Source of the DNA: a candidate division WOR-3 bacterium
GTDB lineage: Bacteria; Hydrothermota; UBA3073
DNA length: 64,000 nucleotides
Reading direction: 5' to 3'
Assembly: GCA_030606335.1 (NCBI GenBank)
Contig: JAUWGP010000003.1
Coordinates: forward strand, 26,065-90,064
The notes beneath the pieces are model-generated. The model saw nothing but the letters and a program-made list of their open reading frames with translations. It made no database searches and was not told the origin of the DNA. This document shows positions 35,635-46,900 of this stretch, piece after piece; the first letter of the stretch is position 1, and the number at the start of each line of letters is the position of its first letter. The position numbers and the translations under genes were made by a program.

Positions 35635-36801
35635 ATGCTGTTCAACTTTAAGGACATACTACGCTCCATGCGGCTTGGCTTTTCTGCCAAAAAGATATGG
35701 GTTGGGTTCCTTGGCATCCTTATTGGAACCATATTATATTCGATACTCTCATATGTAGCATTTACTCTATCACCAGACTGGAATTGGATTGAGGTTTGGA
35801 GAGAGTATAGGTTTATCCCTGTCCCAATAATAGGTTACACATTAATGCCATGGTTTAGTTGGTTAATATGGGGAGTTGGTATTGCATTCTTTGTTTTCAT
35901 AAAACTACTTGCAATTGGTGCAATATCTAAGATAACATACGAACAGCTTAAGGGAGACGAGTTCTATGAGGTCACCGAGGGAATCAAGTTCTCACTGAAG
36001 AAGTGGAAGGCTATAATATTATCTCCTATAACACTTATTATAATAACCGCTGTTATACTTCTATGTGGATTTATTTTTGGTGTGGTTGGCAGGATTCCTT
36101 ATTTTGGACAACTTGCAATTGGCATTCTCTTTATACCTATAGCTCTTGGTGCCCTATTTCTTGTATACCTTACTGTGGTACTTTTCCTTTCATTTCTTAT
36201 TGCACCCTCTGTTGTTGCCACCACCAAAAGCGATACATTTGATACACTGTTCGAGGTCTTCAGTGTACTCAATGACCAGACATGGAGGCTGGTAGTCTGG
36301 GAGATATTGGTGGCGTTTCTTTCTCTTGCTGGCACAACGATATTAGCCTTGTTTACAAAGAAGGCCTTCAGGCTTACCTATTTTGCTATTTCTTTCTGGC
36401 AGGGTCCAAGGGAATGGTTTGAAGTAATGTGGAACAATGCATTATGGTATCTACCATCCTGCCCTCCCGTTATCTGGACTGAGAATATTATAGGTAGATT
36501 TCTACCTACACTCCTTCTTCCTCATACATGGGCAACCCAGAACTGGGCAACTACATTTGGTGGTTTCTGTGTCGGAATAAGCTTTCACTTAGTTGCAATT
36601 TTCGTACTCGCCTATGGTTTATCTATATGGAGTGTTGGACAGACGATGATATATACTGTCCTTGTTAAAATGAAGGACGATAAAAACCTCCTTGAGGTAA
36701 AAGAAGAAGAGTTTGAAGAAGAGTTTGAAGAAGAAAAGGAGGAGAAGTTAGAAGAAGAAAAAGAAGAGAAATCAGAGGAAGAAAAAGAAGAAAATAATTA
36801 A
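35635..36801 (+). CDS. polytopic membrane protein with poly-Glu/Lys acidic C-terminal tail
   Basis: At least 8 predicted hydrophobic helices. C-terminus EEEFEEEFEEEKEEKLEEEKEEKSEEEKEENN. AAAGGAGG Shine-Dalgarno upstream. Confidence 0.55.
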   Translation: MLFNFKDILRSMRLGFSAKKIWVGFLGILIGTILYSILSYVAFTLSPDWNWIEVWREYRFIPVPIIGYTLMPWFSWLIWGVGIAFFVFIKLLAIGAISKITYEQLKGDEFYEVTEGIKFSLKKWKAIILSPITLIIITAVILLCGFIFGVVGRIPYFGQLAIGILFIPIALGALFLVYLTVVLFLSFLIAPSVVATTKSDTFDTLFEVFSVLNDQTWRLVVWEILVAFLSLAGTTILALFTKKAFRLTYFAISFWQGPREWFEVMWNNALWYLPSCPPVIWTENIIGRFLPTLLLPHTWATQNWATTFGGFCVGISFHLVAIFVLAYGLSIWSVGQTMIYTVLVKMKDDKNLLEVKEEEFEEEFEEEKEEKLEEEKEEKSEEEKEENN

Positions 36802-36922
36802 GAATACACAAACCTGGAGCTTTTTGCTGACAAGCCTGTCTATCGAGAGCTCCAGGTTTTTCATACTAAATGTGGTTTCGTAGGAAAGGTTAGGTTCGAC
36901 GCTATACCTCATAATATATATA

Positions 36923-37213
36923 ATGAAAGAAGATTTGATAAAGAAAATCGAGAATTTGATAAACAAGGTTCTGTGGGATAAGAACATACGTCTTGTTAGG
37001 TTGGAGCTTAAAGGATGTGAACCATATTCAATCTTAAGAGTATTTATAGATAAACCGGGTGGGGTTACAGTCGAGGATTGTAGTAATGTTTCAAAGGAAC
37101 TTTCAAATTTACTTGACATTGAAGATCCTATAAAACCGAGGTATACCCTTGAAGTATCATCACCTGGTATTGATATTAACTCTGATGTAAAAATCAATAA
37201 GAAGAAACGGTGA
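36923..37213 (+). CDS. rimP: ribosome maturation factor RimP, N-terminal domain only
   Basis: [38 protein letters not shown] matches the RimP N-domain. Sits directly upstream of nusA-infB-rbfA. Only 96 aa, with no room for the C-terminal domain. Confidence 0.6.
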   Translation: MKEDLIKKIENLINKVLWDKNIRLVRLELKGCEPYSILRVFIDKPGGVTVEDCSNVSKELSNLLDIEDPIKPRYTLEVSSPGIDINSDVKINKKKR

Positions 37214-37295
37214 GAAAATATAAAAAACCACACCTTCCTGCAAGCAAGCAGGTCTGTGGTTTGGCTACTAACAATAAAAAGGGTAAGGTGAATAT

Positions 37296-38534
37296 ATGAC
37301 AGTGTATAACGTATCACACTTTCTAAACCAGCTTGCAGAGGACAGGAAAATTGATCTATCCAAGGTTCAAGAACTGTTTGAAGATACTATCAAAACTATA
37401 GCCAGAAAGACCTTTGGAAGGGATACCGATGTAAATGTAAATATAAATGAATCTGATGGTTCTATATCAGTTATTATCTTAAAAGAGGTGGTAAAAAGAG
37501 TCGAACTTCAATCAAAAGAGATAGCACTGAAAGACGCAGTAAAATATGATGAGTCTGTAAAGATAGGTGATACATTGAGCATTCCCATAGAATTTGAAAC
37601 ATTTGGAAGAAATGCTATTCTATTAACCAAGCAACTTCTTTTCCAAAAACTCCGAGAGGTAGAAAGAGATGCAATATATTCTTCCTTTGAACAAAGAGTA
37701 GGTGAGATTGTAACAGGCAGCATAAGAAGAATAGAAGGAAAAAGAATATTAATTAGTCTCGATAAAACTGAAGGAGTACTCCAAAAAAAAGAACAAATTC
37801 AGGGAGAATACTTCCGCCAGGGAAGCATAATAAAGACATATATACTCTCGGTAGATCTAAAAGATGGTATACAACTATCTCGAACACATCCAGATTTCCT
37901 CAGGGGATTATTTGAATCTGAGGTTCCTGAAATTAAGGAAGGGATAGTAGAAATAAAGGACATTGTAAGGATTCCCGGGATCAGGGCAAAAGTAGCTGTC
38001 ATCAGCAATGATCCGAGGATTGATCCAGTTGGTGCATGCGTTGGTGTAAAAGGATCAAGGGTTCAGGTTGTGGTTAAAGAACTGGCAGGTGAAAAGATAG
38101 ATGTTATACAGTGGAGTCAGGATTCTCTCGTTTATGTTTCAAGGTCACTTTCTGGTGTAAAAATATTAAAAGAGGACAGGGATGAAGATAGTAAGAGAAT
38201 ACAAATTATTGTAGGCGATGATGAACTTCCCATTGCAATTGGTAAGAATGGACAAAATGCATTTCTATCCTCAAAATTGACCGGATACAGAATTGATATT
38301 ATTTCTGAAAGTATGTACAACAAAACTTCCATTGCTAACATAAAAGGATTAGCATCAGGTCTAAAAACAAAACTTCTTGATAGTGGATTTATAAGTGCGT
38401 ACGATGTTGTATTTAATGGTTTACCAAAACTACTTAAAATAAAAGGTATAGGAAAAAACCTTGCGAATAAGGCTTACGAAATTTCATCCGAAGTTGTAAA
38501 AAATATTAAACATTCGTCCGTCAATAAATCTTAA
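37296..38534 (+). CDS. nusA: transcription termination/antitermination factor NusA
   Basis: S1 domain (GEIVTGSIRRIEGKRILISL) and KH domains (PVGACVGVKGSRVQ; IGKNGQNAFLSSKLTG), within the conserved operon. Confidence 0.9.
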   Translation: MTVYNVSHFLNQLAEDRKIDLSKVQELFEDTIKTIARKTFGRDTDVNVNINESDGSISVIILKEVVKRVELQSKEIALKDAVKYDESVKIGDTLSIPIEFETFGRNAILLTKQLLFQKLREVERDAIYSSFEQRVGEIVTGSIRRIEGKRILISLDKTEGVLQKKEQIQGEYFRQGSIIKTYILSVDLKDGIQLSRTHPDFLRGLFESEVPEIKEGIVEIKDIVRIPGIRAKVAVISNDPRIDPVGACVGVKGSRVQVVVKELAGEKIDVIQWSQDSLVYVSRSLSGVKILKEDRDEDSKRIQIIVGDDELPIAIGKNGQNAFLSSKLTGYRIDIISESMYNKTSIANIKGLASGLKTKLLDSGFISAYDVVFNGLPKLLKIKGIGKNLANKAYEISSEVVKNIKHSSVNKS

Positions 38535-38577
38535 ATTGACATATCTATTGTTATATTGAGATATTTACTTAAACCTT

Positions 38578-40680
38578 ATGGAACATCTCCGAGTATATGA
38601 AGTTGCAAAAGAATTGAATCTATCAAGCGAGGCATTAACCCACCTCTTGAGAGAACAAGGCTTTAAGGTCCGCGGTTATATGAGTGTGGTTACTCAGGAA
38701 ATGCTCGATAAAGTCAAAAAAAGGATGGACGAGGACAAGCAAAGCATAAAGAAAAAGGACATGCGAAAGGAAAGACTTCGTAGAAGAAGGAAAGGAAAAT
38801 TAGAGAAGACGTTAAAGAGACCAGAAGAAAAGAAAAGAGCTGAGCTTAAAGTTAAGGAAACTCTCACTAAAATAAAGATAGGTGAGCAAAAACCTACAAA
38901 AAAGAAAGAAAAGGCTGAACAAGTTCCATCAGATGAAAAGAAAGATGAAAGAATTATACAATTACCTGAACTTATCAGTGTAGAGGAACTCGCAAAACTC
39001 CTTCTTATTTCCCCGCTTTCACTTATTAGCAAATGCGTTGAACTTGGACTCATGGTTACTATAAACCAGCGTCTGGATTATGAGACAGCAAGCATGATAG
39101 CATCTGAGTATGACTACGATACTAAACTTATATCATATTATGAAGAAGTTGCAGAAGATGAAGAAGCAAAGATAGAGAGGGCTCCCGTTGTAACACTAAT
39201 GGGACATGTTGATCATGGGAAAACCACACTTCTGGACTATGTAAGAAAGACAAATGTCGTAGCTGGTGAGAAGGGTGGAATAACACAACATATTGGAGCT
39301 TCTATGGTTGTACACCATAATAAGAAAATAACCTTCCTGGATACACCTGGTCATGAGGCATTCACAGCCATGAGAGCAAGAGGTGCACAGGTTACAGATA
39401 TAATTCTAATAGTCGTTGCTGCTGATGACGGAGTTATGCCCCAAACCGTAGAAGCAATAGACCATGCCCGTGATGCGAAGGTTCCTATAATTGTGGCAAT
39501 AAATAAAACTGACCTTGAGAATGCACACCCTGATAAGATTAAACAACAACTAATACAGCATAAACTTATGTTGGAAGAAATGGGTGGTGATATACCTACT
39601 ATTCTTGTCTCAGCAAAAAAGGGAGATGGAGTTGATGAACTCCTCGACTCAATACTTTTAATTGCTGAGATGGAGGAACTCAAGGCTCAAGAAAAGGGTA
39701 GAGCTAAAGGGTATGTAATTGAAGCGAAATTGGATAGATATAAAGGTACTGTAGCAACTATTCTCATAACTGGTGGTAGATTAAAGAAAGGAGACAGTTT
39801 TGTAGTAGGAACTACATATGGAAAGGTTCGCGCCATATATGATGAATTTGATGATATTGTAGAGGAAGCACAACCATCAGAACCTGTTATGGTACTTGGT
39901 TTCGAGGATATCCCCAGAGCTGGTGATAGATTCGTAGTTATAGAGGAAGACAGGCAAGCAAGAGAGATTGCCCGTAAAAGAAAATTAGCTAAGAAGGAGA
40001 TGACTTACCGTCCAACTGCTGTGAGAACCCTCCAATCTATTCAAGATCAGATCCAAAGTGGAGAAGCAAAAGAACTAAAAGTAATAATTAAAGGAGATGT
40101 TAGTGGCTCTGTCGAGGCCATTTCAGATTCTTTCAGGGAATTATCTACAGAAGATACAAAAATCTTGGTTGTTCATAGTGGTGTTGGAGAGATCACAGAA
40201 TCCGATGTCCTTCTGGCAAATGTCTCAGGTTCAATAATAGTTGGATATCATATTGGAGCTCCAAGCAATGTAAAAGTATTAGCTAAGAGCGAGGGTGTAG
40301 AGTTAAGGATGTATGATGTAATATACAAAGCACTTGAAGATATAAAACTAGCACTTACAGGTTTACTTGAACCCGTTTTCGAAGAAAAATTGATTGGCAA
40401 AGCTGAAATAAGAGAGGTATTTACCATACCCAGGATTGGCAAAATTGCAGGCTGCTATGTAAAGGACGGTGTGGTTGTAAAAAATGCAACTGTTAAAATC
40501 CTTAGAGATACAGAGGTTATAGGAGAGGGAAAAATAATTTCATTAAGAAGGATAAAGGACGTAGTAAATGAGGTGACAGCAGGATTCGAATGTGGGATAG
40601 GATTAGAGGATATAGATGAGTTTTATAAAGGAGATATGATTCAGGTGTATGAGGTGATTGAAAAGAATAGGGAGATTTAA
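38578..40680 (+). CDS. infB: translation initiation factor IF-2
   Basis: GHVDHGKTTLLD G1 motif, DTPGHEAF, NKTD, and a lysine/glutamate-rich N-terminal linker; 700 aa. Confidence 0.95.
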   Translation: MEHLRVYEVAKELNLSSEALTHLLREQGFKVRGYMSVVTQEMLDKVKKRMDEDKQSIKKKDMRKERLRRRRKGKLEKTLKRPEEKKRAELKVKETLTKIKIGEQKPTKKKEKAEQVPSDEKKDERIIQLPELISVEELAKLLLISPLSLISKCVELGLMVTINQRLDYETASMIASEYDYDTKLISYYEEVAEDEEAKIERAPVVTLMGHVDHGKTTLLDYVRKTNVVAGEKGGITQHIGASMVVHHNKKITFLDTPGHEAFTAMRARGAQVTDIILIVVAADDGVMPQTVEAIDHARDAKVPIIVAINKTDLENAHPDKIKQQLIQHKLMLEEMGGDIPTILVSAKKGDGVDELLDSILLIAEMEELKAQEKGRAKGYVIEAKLDRYKGTVATILITGGRLKKGDSFVVGTTYGKVRAIYDEFDDIVEEAQPSEPVMVLGFEDIPRAGDRFVVIEEDRQAREIARKRKLAKKEMTYRPTAVRTLQSIQDQIQSGEAKELKVIIKGDVSGSVEAISDSFRELSTEDTKILVVHSGVGEITESDVLLANVSGSIIVGYHIGAPSNVKVLAKSEGVELRMYDVIYKALEDIKLALTGLLEPVFEEKLIGKAEIREVFTIPRIGKIAGCYVKDGVVVKNATVKILRDTEVIGEGKIISLRRIKDVVNEVTAGFECGIGLEDIDEFYKGDMIQVYEVIEKNREI

Positions 40681-40689
40681 CAAACAAGA

Positions 40690-41001
40690 ATGCGAGATTA
40701 CTCCGATAGGAAAAATAGAAGAACAGAGACACTTTTTAAAGAAGAAATTGCCAGAATCCTTACTGAGAGAAAGGATCCTGAAATTGGTTTTGTTACAGTA
40801 ACGAGAGTGATAATCGGAAAAGATAGAAGAAAATTATTCTGTTATGTGAAATTTCTATCTGATAAAGAGAAAGGTTTGGCTGCTCTTGTATATGTAAAAA
40901 ATTCTATAAAGTCTGCAATAGCCTCAAGCGTCCCCCTAAGATTCATGCCTGATATAGAATTTCTATTAGATGAAGAATCTTATTATTCAACAATAAGCTA
41001 A
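40690..41001 (+). CDS. rbfA: ribosome-binding factor A
   Basis: About 100 aa; FVTVTRV...KL KH-like RbfA pattern; positioned after infB. Confidence 0.8.
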   Translation: MRDYSDRKNRRTETLFKEEIARILTERKDPEIGFVTVTRVIIGKDRRKLFCYVKFLSDKEKGLAALVYVKNSIKSAIASSVPLRFMPDIEFLLDEESYYSTIS

Positions 41002-41011
41002 CTTACCATAA

Positions 41012-43633
41012 ATGAGAAAGACCACACTTTTACTATTAATTACTTCTTTATTTTATCTCACCCAGGATACAAGCACAGCATCTATTCATCCATCCTCAGA
41101 AAGTGAAAAATTAACTCTATCAAATGGTCTTACTGTCATATTGGCACCAATAGACGCCTCTCCTATTTTATATACTGCAGTTTGCGTTAATGCAGGAAGT
41201 ATATATGAGGATGAATATCTCGGATGCGGTATATCACATTTCGTAGAACATACATTGACTGAGAGTACCCACAATATGACCCACAAGGAAATAGAAAGAA
41301 TGAGAGATAAAATGGGTGGGATTGAAAACGCATACACCACATATGACCATACCTGCTACCATATCACTATAACCCCGAAATACCTCTCCAACGCGCTATA
41401 CCTTCTATCATCTTACATCATGTATTCTGCCTTTGATGAATTTTTTGTTAATCAAGAGAGGGAGGTTATCTTAAGGGAAATTACAATGGGTGAAGATGAA
41501 CCAGACAATGTTATCTATAAAAAGTTTATCGAGACAATGATGAGTGAACATCCAATGAGATACCCAATTATTGGATGCACCGAGCTCTTTAAGACACTGA
41601 CAAGGGATGACCTTGTAAAATATTATGAGAGAATGTATCACCCTGAAAATACAACAGTAATAATAGCCGGTGGATTCGATAAAGATTCCGCAACTACTCT
41701 GATAGATAATTACTTTTCTGAATGGGAACGAAAACCAAACAGGAACCCTATTATTAGAGATGAATCCCCTCAGATAAGTCAAAGAAGGATTTATGTAGAT
41801 AAGGAGAGTGGTTTATCTCATCTGTTTATCGGATTCCATACCGTTAGTATAACCCATCCTGATATGTACCCCCTTGATGTTCTTTCTACTATTCTTGGTG
41901 GCAGTGAAAGCTCCCTGCTTCAGAGAGAGATAATCCAGAAAAAAGGATCGGCTTATAACGTATATTCATATTCATATACACCCCATTTTGGGGGTGGATA
42001 TTTAGGAATTTATGCCATGTGTGAACCAGGTAAAGAGATGAAATTAGAAAATGCGATTCTTAATGTGCTTGGAAATATAGAAAAGGAGGTATCTGAACAG
42101 GGTATTATAACTGCAAAAAGGAGAATGAGACGAAGGTATGAACTTGCAATCCAGACACCAGAAGACAAGGCTCAAATCCTTATTAGCAATGAGCTATCTA
42201 CTGGAGACATTGAATTTACAAATACGTACCTCTTAAACATAGAAAAGGTAGAAAAAGAAAATATTATTAATGTATGGGAGAAATATCTAACAAGGGATAA
42301 CATGACTGTAGCTGTTCTGGGCAAAGAAGAATTGCTTGAAGAAATTAGCTATGAGATTCCCTCATTCTCACAAAAACACTGGACAGACGACATAATCTAT
42401 GATACATTGAGTAATGGCATAAGGTATCTTATAAGAGAAGATTATAGTTCTTCTGTACTTTCAATTCAGTTGGTGATACTCGGTGGAGTAAGAATCGAAA
42501 CAGAGGGTAACAATGGAATATCAAATTTATTATTAAATACCTTAATACGCTCTACTGAAAAAAGGGAAACACAAGAAATTAACCAGATATTGGACGATAT
42601 GGGAACAAGTTTCAAGCCTTTTGTAGGTAACAATACTATGGGAATATCCATAGATGTGGTTAAGGAAGATAGTGAGAGAGGTATAGCACTTTTATCCGAA
42701 ATAATAAATTTTCCCTCATTCGATGAGATTGAACCAGCCAGAAAAGAGATTCTGGGTACAATAGAAAAGCAAAACGAACAACCCGCATTTTTTACCATAA
42801 ATAAAACCAAGGGGGTCTTATATAGTTCCCACCCTTACTCATTAAACCCAAAAGGAAGAAGAGAGGTTGTAGAGAATTTAACCAGGAAAGACCTAAAGGA
42901 TTTTTATGCTGCATATCTACCAACAAAGGAAATTGTAATCTCGATATTTGGAAACACGGATAAAGAGGAGGTTAAGATACTCTTAGAAAGATACTTTGGT
43001 AACATAAATGAGAAGAAAAAAGTTATTCCAGTCTTTATGAGTATTGAATTCCCTGACTCGAGCATAACAACTGAAGTTGCAGCGAATTTTGGGCAGGTAG
43101 TTGTATGTATAGCATTCCCTGGTATAGACAATAAAAATTATGACAGGTTTGCATTTGATGTAATGGATGCAGTACTAACAGGTTCATACATGCCTTCGGG
43201 CTGGCTTCATCAGGCATTGAGAGGAGAAGGCAAGGGGTATGCATACTGGATGCAGGGTGGTAATATCACTGGAATAGATGGAGGTATGTACTACTTGATT
43301 GCTGGTACTACTGAGGAATACCTGGAAACTGTAAAGGAGATAATGCTCGACCTTGTAAAAAGAATAAAGGAGTCACAGGTAACAGAAGAAGAAATTGAAG
43401 TCGCAAGAACAAGGTGTATTATGGCAAATGCCACATCTCAGCAGAAGAATAGTGATATGGGACTCAACTCTACCCTTAATGAAATATACGGACTTGGTTA
43501 TGACGCAGATAGAGACTACGAGTCTAATATTATGAAAATTTCACCCTCCGATATAAACAAGATCGCCAACAAGTATCTGAATGAATATGTTATGGTAGTT
43601 CTTACCTCAAAGGCTAATAAAGATGATCCCTGA
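41012..43633 (+). CDS. secreted M16-family zinc metallopeptidase (two-half pitrilysin-like)
   Basis: Signal peptide. Inverted zinc motif HFVEH plus a downstream Glu (EREVILRE); 873 aa, two M16 halves. Confidence 0.8.
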   Translation: MRKTTLLLLITSLFYLTQDTSTASIHPSSESEKLTLSNGLTVILAPIDASPILYTAVCVNAGSIYEDEYLGCGISHFVEHTLTESTHNMTHKEIERMRDKMGGIENAYTTYDHTCYHITITPKYLSNALYLLSSYIMYSAFDEFFVNQEREVILREITMGEDEPDNVIYKKFIETMMSEHPMRYPIIGCTELFKTLTRDDLVKYYERMYHPENTTVIIAGGFDKDSATTLIDNYFSEWERKPNRNPIIRDESPQISQRRIYVDKESGLSHLFIGFHTVSITHPDMYPLDVLSTILGGSESSLLQREIIQKKGSAYNVYSYSYTPHFGGGYLGIYAMCEPGKEMKLENAILNVLGNIEKEVSEQGIITAKRRMRRRYELAIQTPEDKAQILISNELSTGDIEFTNTYLLNIEKVEKENIINVWEKYLTRDNMTVAVLGKEELLEEISYEIPSFSQKHWTDDIIYDTLSNGIRYLIREDYSSSVLSIQLVILGGVRIETEGNNGISNLLLNTLIRSTEKRETQEINQILDDMGTSFKPFVGNNTMGISIDVVKEDSERGIALLSEIINFPSFDEIEPARKEILGTIEKQNEQPAFFTINKTKGVLYSSHPYSLNPKGRREVVENLTRKDLKDFYAAYLPTKEIVISIFGNTDKEEVKILLERYFGNINEKKKVIPVFMSIEFPDSSITTEVAANFGQVVVCIAFPGIDNKNYDRFAFDVMDAVLTGSYMPSGWLHQALRGEGKGYAYWMQGGNITGIDGGMYYLIAGTTEEYLETVKEIMLDLVKRIKESQVTEEEIEVARTRCIMANATSQQKNSDMGLNSTLNEIYGLGYDADRDYESNIMKISPSDINKIANKYLNEYVMVVLTSKANKDDP

Positions 43634-43691
43634 TGATGTTGAAAGCTTTGCATCTAATGTCATACGTTAGACAATATCATTGATTCATTTT

Positions 43692-45167
43692 TTATTTGCT
43701 AGTCTTCACAAATTTCACTGCCTTAATATAATCCTCAGAACATCTTACTCCAATAATTTTCTCTTTTAATCTCTTAATAATTTCTTCTTGTTTCATAAAA
43801 CCGAATTCTCCATCAATCTTATATCCTTCGGAGAGAATCTGCTGCATACTATTTTCGTATTCTTCAACAATATCATATGTACCCCTATATCTTATAATAA
43901 ACCACACCTCATCTAACTTAGTGATTCCCATGAGCGAATCAAGTTTATCTACACCAAGGTATGTATCCAACTTTGTACTTCCATAGAACCGAAATGGAAA
44001 TTCTGCTGTCATTACAATCGAATTATCGCTTGCTTCTTCTTCTACAGTTTCTACAATCTCTCTCCAGGGTACGATATATGCTTGATTGTGGAAATGCCTT
44101 ACCGTGTAGTAATTGAAAAGTCCATATAGATTACAGCAGATCAATAGAAAAAGGAGTGTATTACCAAATTTGGTTTCTTTTACACCTGCTGCTACAATAG
44201 TATAGGCAATCGGTGCAAGAAAAATTAGTCTGCTGGAAGAAAATGGAAAAAGTATTTGGGCAAATACAGTTGAAAGAGCAGTTGTACCAATAATAAGTGG
44301 AAGAATAAAAAAGGAAAAAGAGTATTTAGGATACCTCAGCATCCCCTTGAAGAATAGAAAATAGAATATCACTATAGTCGGTAGAGCAATAAAGAATTCC
44401 CATAGAAATATCGTCTCACCAATAGAGTAAGAGTATAGTGGATATAGCAATTTAAGGAAAAAATCTAAAGGAAGGTATGTTAAATTTCCTCCGATATGTA
44501 GAAAAAGAAGAACATAAATCCATGGAAGAAAGAGAAATACCACGATTGATTGCATAAATATCCATGTAGATAGACTGACTACCCTCTTTTCTTTCTTCTT
44601 GATAAGAAAATAAACGTTTTCTGCTACAAATAATATAACTCCTGGGTAAGCTGTATACAAGAGTAGAATATTGGACACACAGTAAAGCAATTTCCACCTT
44701 CTTTCAGGTCTCTTTATAATTTCGAGAAGTGATATTATAGACAAAACACCAAAAAACATCATAAGTGAGTAATATCTTCCCATTCGTGAATACATTACTA
44801 TGAATGGTGATGACATAAATAATAATAAGGATGAAATACCCAATTTACTCTTCTTGAAGTAGAAAAACATAAGAATGAGTGTTAACATAGAGAATACAAT
44901 GGAAGGGAATCTCAAAGCAAATTCACTTTGACCAAATGGAATCATCCAGAAATGAATAAAAATATAGTACATCGGGGAATGAATATCTATTACAAGGAGG
45001 TGTTTTAATATCTGTGATAACGGTTTTGATGCAACAATTATTGTACCTATCTCATCCCCCCAGAAGGCAAGGTTACCCAGTCTATAAATGAGTAACATGA
45101 AGAATACAATTATTAATAACCATTTATACCCCTCTATCTTATGAACCGATGATAAGAATTTATTCAT
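43692..45167 (-). CDS. GT-C fold membrane glycosyltransferase (ArnT/PMT-like, polyprenyl-phosphate-sugar dependent)
   Basis: About 11 TM helices. Acidic WGDE motif in the first extracytoplasmic loop. C-terminal soluble domain. Confidence 0.5.
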   Translation of the reverse strand: MNKFLSSVHKIEGYKWLLIIVFFMLLIYRLGNLAFWGDEIGTIIVASKPLSQILKHLLVIDIHSPMYYIFIHFWMIPFGQSEFALRFPSIVFSMLTLILMFFYFKKSKLGISSLLLFMSSPFIVMYSRMGRYYSLMMFFGVLSIISLLEIIKRPERRWKLLYCVSNILLLYTAYPGVILFVAENVYFLIKKKEKRVVSLSTWIFMQSIVVFLFLPWIYVLLFLHIGGNLTYLPLDFFLKLLYPLYSYSIGETIFLWEFFIALPTIVIFYFLFFKGMLRYPKYSFSFFILPLIIGTTALSTVFAQILFPFSSSRLIFLAPIAYTIVAAGVKETKFGNTLLFLLICCNLYGLFNYYTVRHFHNQAYIVPWREIVETVEEEASDNSIVMTAEFPFRFYGSTKLDTYLGVDKLDSLMGITKLDEVWFIIRYRGTYDIVEEYENSMQQILSEGYKIDGEFGFMKQEEIIKRLKEKIIGVRCSEDYIKAVKFVKTSK

Positions 45168-45179
45168 AAATCTCCTCCC

Positions 45180-46619
45180 TTATTTCATATAATCCTTTGT
45201 ATTTCTTAGTAGGAATATGGAGATGCCATTGCATTCCTTTATCTTTTCATAGCCCATTTCTCTTAATCTAAAAAACTCTAAGTCTTCATCATCAATTACA
45301 TCTACTATTAACCGGGGTTTATAACGTTGTAAAAGATTAGGGATATCTTCATAGGTAATAAGGTGATATCTCTCCCTTAATCTTGGAGCCACATTCTCAC
45401 TTACGTCATAGTTCGGTATCGCAAACTCAGGAACAGTTTCTCTGTCTGCCAGAAATCCAAAATAGAATCCAAAGGAAACTACCTTGTCATCCTTTTCTGT
45501 AACTGCTTCAATAGCCCTGGTTACATCTCTTATATTTGAAATTATATATTTCTTCTGCCATTCTCTTACATTAGAGAAATACATAAGAGAGCACGGAATG
45601 TAGGATGTTATGTATAAGATAAGAAGCCATTTGCTCCATGTTTTTCTTTTTAGATAACCAATATATGGTACAAGTAAGAATAAAAGAAATGGATAAATCT
45701 CTGTCATATAGCCGAAATGCGTAGGAGTAAGTATGAAATAGTATACTATAAAAAGAACTACAGCACAAATTAATGCCAACAATTCCTCTCTTCTCATTTT
45801 TCTCCACTTAATAGCTATTGCAAGTAGTATAAAAAGCACAATATTTGATGGAAAAAAGACAACCTTGGCAAGAATTAGGAATCTGTGGGTTATAAACCAA
45901 TAAAATGAAGGGGTAGTTCTGTTGAAATGATATAAAAAGTTACAGAAAAGAAAACAATCCGTATATTTAAAAAAATAATACAATGATGGAATAATACCAA
46001 GAACAAAACCAGCAACTGTATAAAGTATCATCTTCCACTCTCGCCTAAAGAGAAGAAGAATAATCGTAATAATAAGTAATACAATAAATATTGAGCGAAA
46101 ACTCACTGAAAGACCAATACAAATACCAGAAAGCAAAGAATATATACACCTTCTTCTCTTCAGGGAAAAGGAAAATAAAATAAGAAATAGAATATTTAAT
46201 AAATTCACCCAGGCTCTTTGTGTTGCCTGGATGGAGTTGTAGAAAAGCACTGCGTTACCTGTCCAGAGTATACCCATATAAACGGTCTCCTTCTTAGACT
46301 TATTAATATAAAATGTATATAGAAGGAGGATAACACCTGAGATAAGAGCAATAAGGGAAGATGATATTCTGGCGAGAAAGAAATTAGACCAACCACCACC
46401 AGAAAAAGGCAGAAAGACTAAAGCTGAGAGCGGCATCTGAGGGAAGAAAAAATCTTTATATAAGTGCATTCCTCTCGATATTAGTCTTGCTGCGGGAAAA
46501 TAATAGCTCAATTCATCTGTGAAAACATTTTGTATAAAGACAAGAGCAATAAGAATACTACCACTTATAATACAGTATAATATAATAAATTTGGATATGC
46601 TATTTCTACTTTGTTTCAT
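45180..46619 (-). CDS. GT-C-like polytopic membrane glycosyltransferase, paralogue 1
   Basis: 479 aa. TDELSYY acidic motif after TM1. About 85% identical to the 46901-48331 product. Confidence 0.5.
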   Translation of the reverse strand: MKQSRNSISKFIILYCIISGSILIALVFIQNVFTDELSYYFPAARLISRGMHLYKDFFFPQMPLSALVFLPFSGGGWSNFFLARISSSLIALISGVILLLYTFYINKSKKETVYMGILWTGNAVLFYNSIQATQRAWVNLLNILFLILFSFSLKRRRCIYSLLSGICIGLSVSFRSIFIVLLIITIILLLFRREWKMILYTVAGFVLGIIPSLYYFFKYTDCFLFCNFLYHFNRTTPSFYWFITHRFLILAKVVFFPSNIVLFILLAIAIKWRKMRREELLALICAVVLFIVYYFILTPTHFGYMTEIYPFLLFLLVPYIGYLKRKTWSKWLLILYITSYIPCSLMYFSNVREWQKKYIISNIRDVTRAIEAVTEKDDKVVSFGFYFGFLADRETVPEFAIPNYDVSENVAPRLRERYHLITYEDIPNLLQRYKPRLIVDVIDDEDLEFFRLREMGYEKIKECNGISIFLLRNTKDYMK

Positions 46620-46639
46620 TAAAATCCCTTAAGGATTTT

Positions 46640-46760
46640 CTAATTTATTTCTATGTGTTTTAAGAAGTTGGTGGTGGGTCTAAGCTGTTTTCATAGCAAT
46701 CCTGTCCCAAGAAAAATACTATTTGACAAACCCTTTATCACTACGAGATAGGGTTTCTTT
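46640..46760 (-). pseudogene. degraded 3' fragment of the GT4 glycosyltransferase gene (duplication scar)
   Basis: The reverse complement reads ETLSRSDKGFVK*YFSWDRIAMKTA*, against the intact C-terminus ETLSHKGKKLVKEYFSWDRIAVKTAETYQQL of the 48342-49526 gene. Confidence 0.5.
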
Positions 46761-46900
46761 TTTATTTTTACCCTTTAATAAATGTATAAGAAAGTCAGTT
46801 CTGCAGCATTTTATCACTGATTGTATTAAAAATTAATTTTATTTACCTTTCTGGGTTCCTATGGAAAGTAAGTAAAATTTACAAACTTATCTTTTATATC

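Noticed and set aside
36923-37213. Frameshifted full-length rimP.
   Set aside because: Only 80 nt separate its stop from the nusA start, too little to encode the about 60-aa C-terminal domain in any frame.
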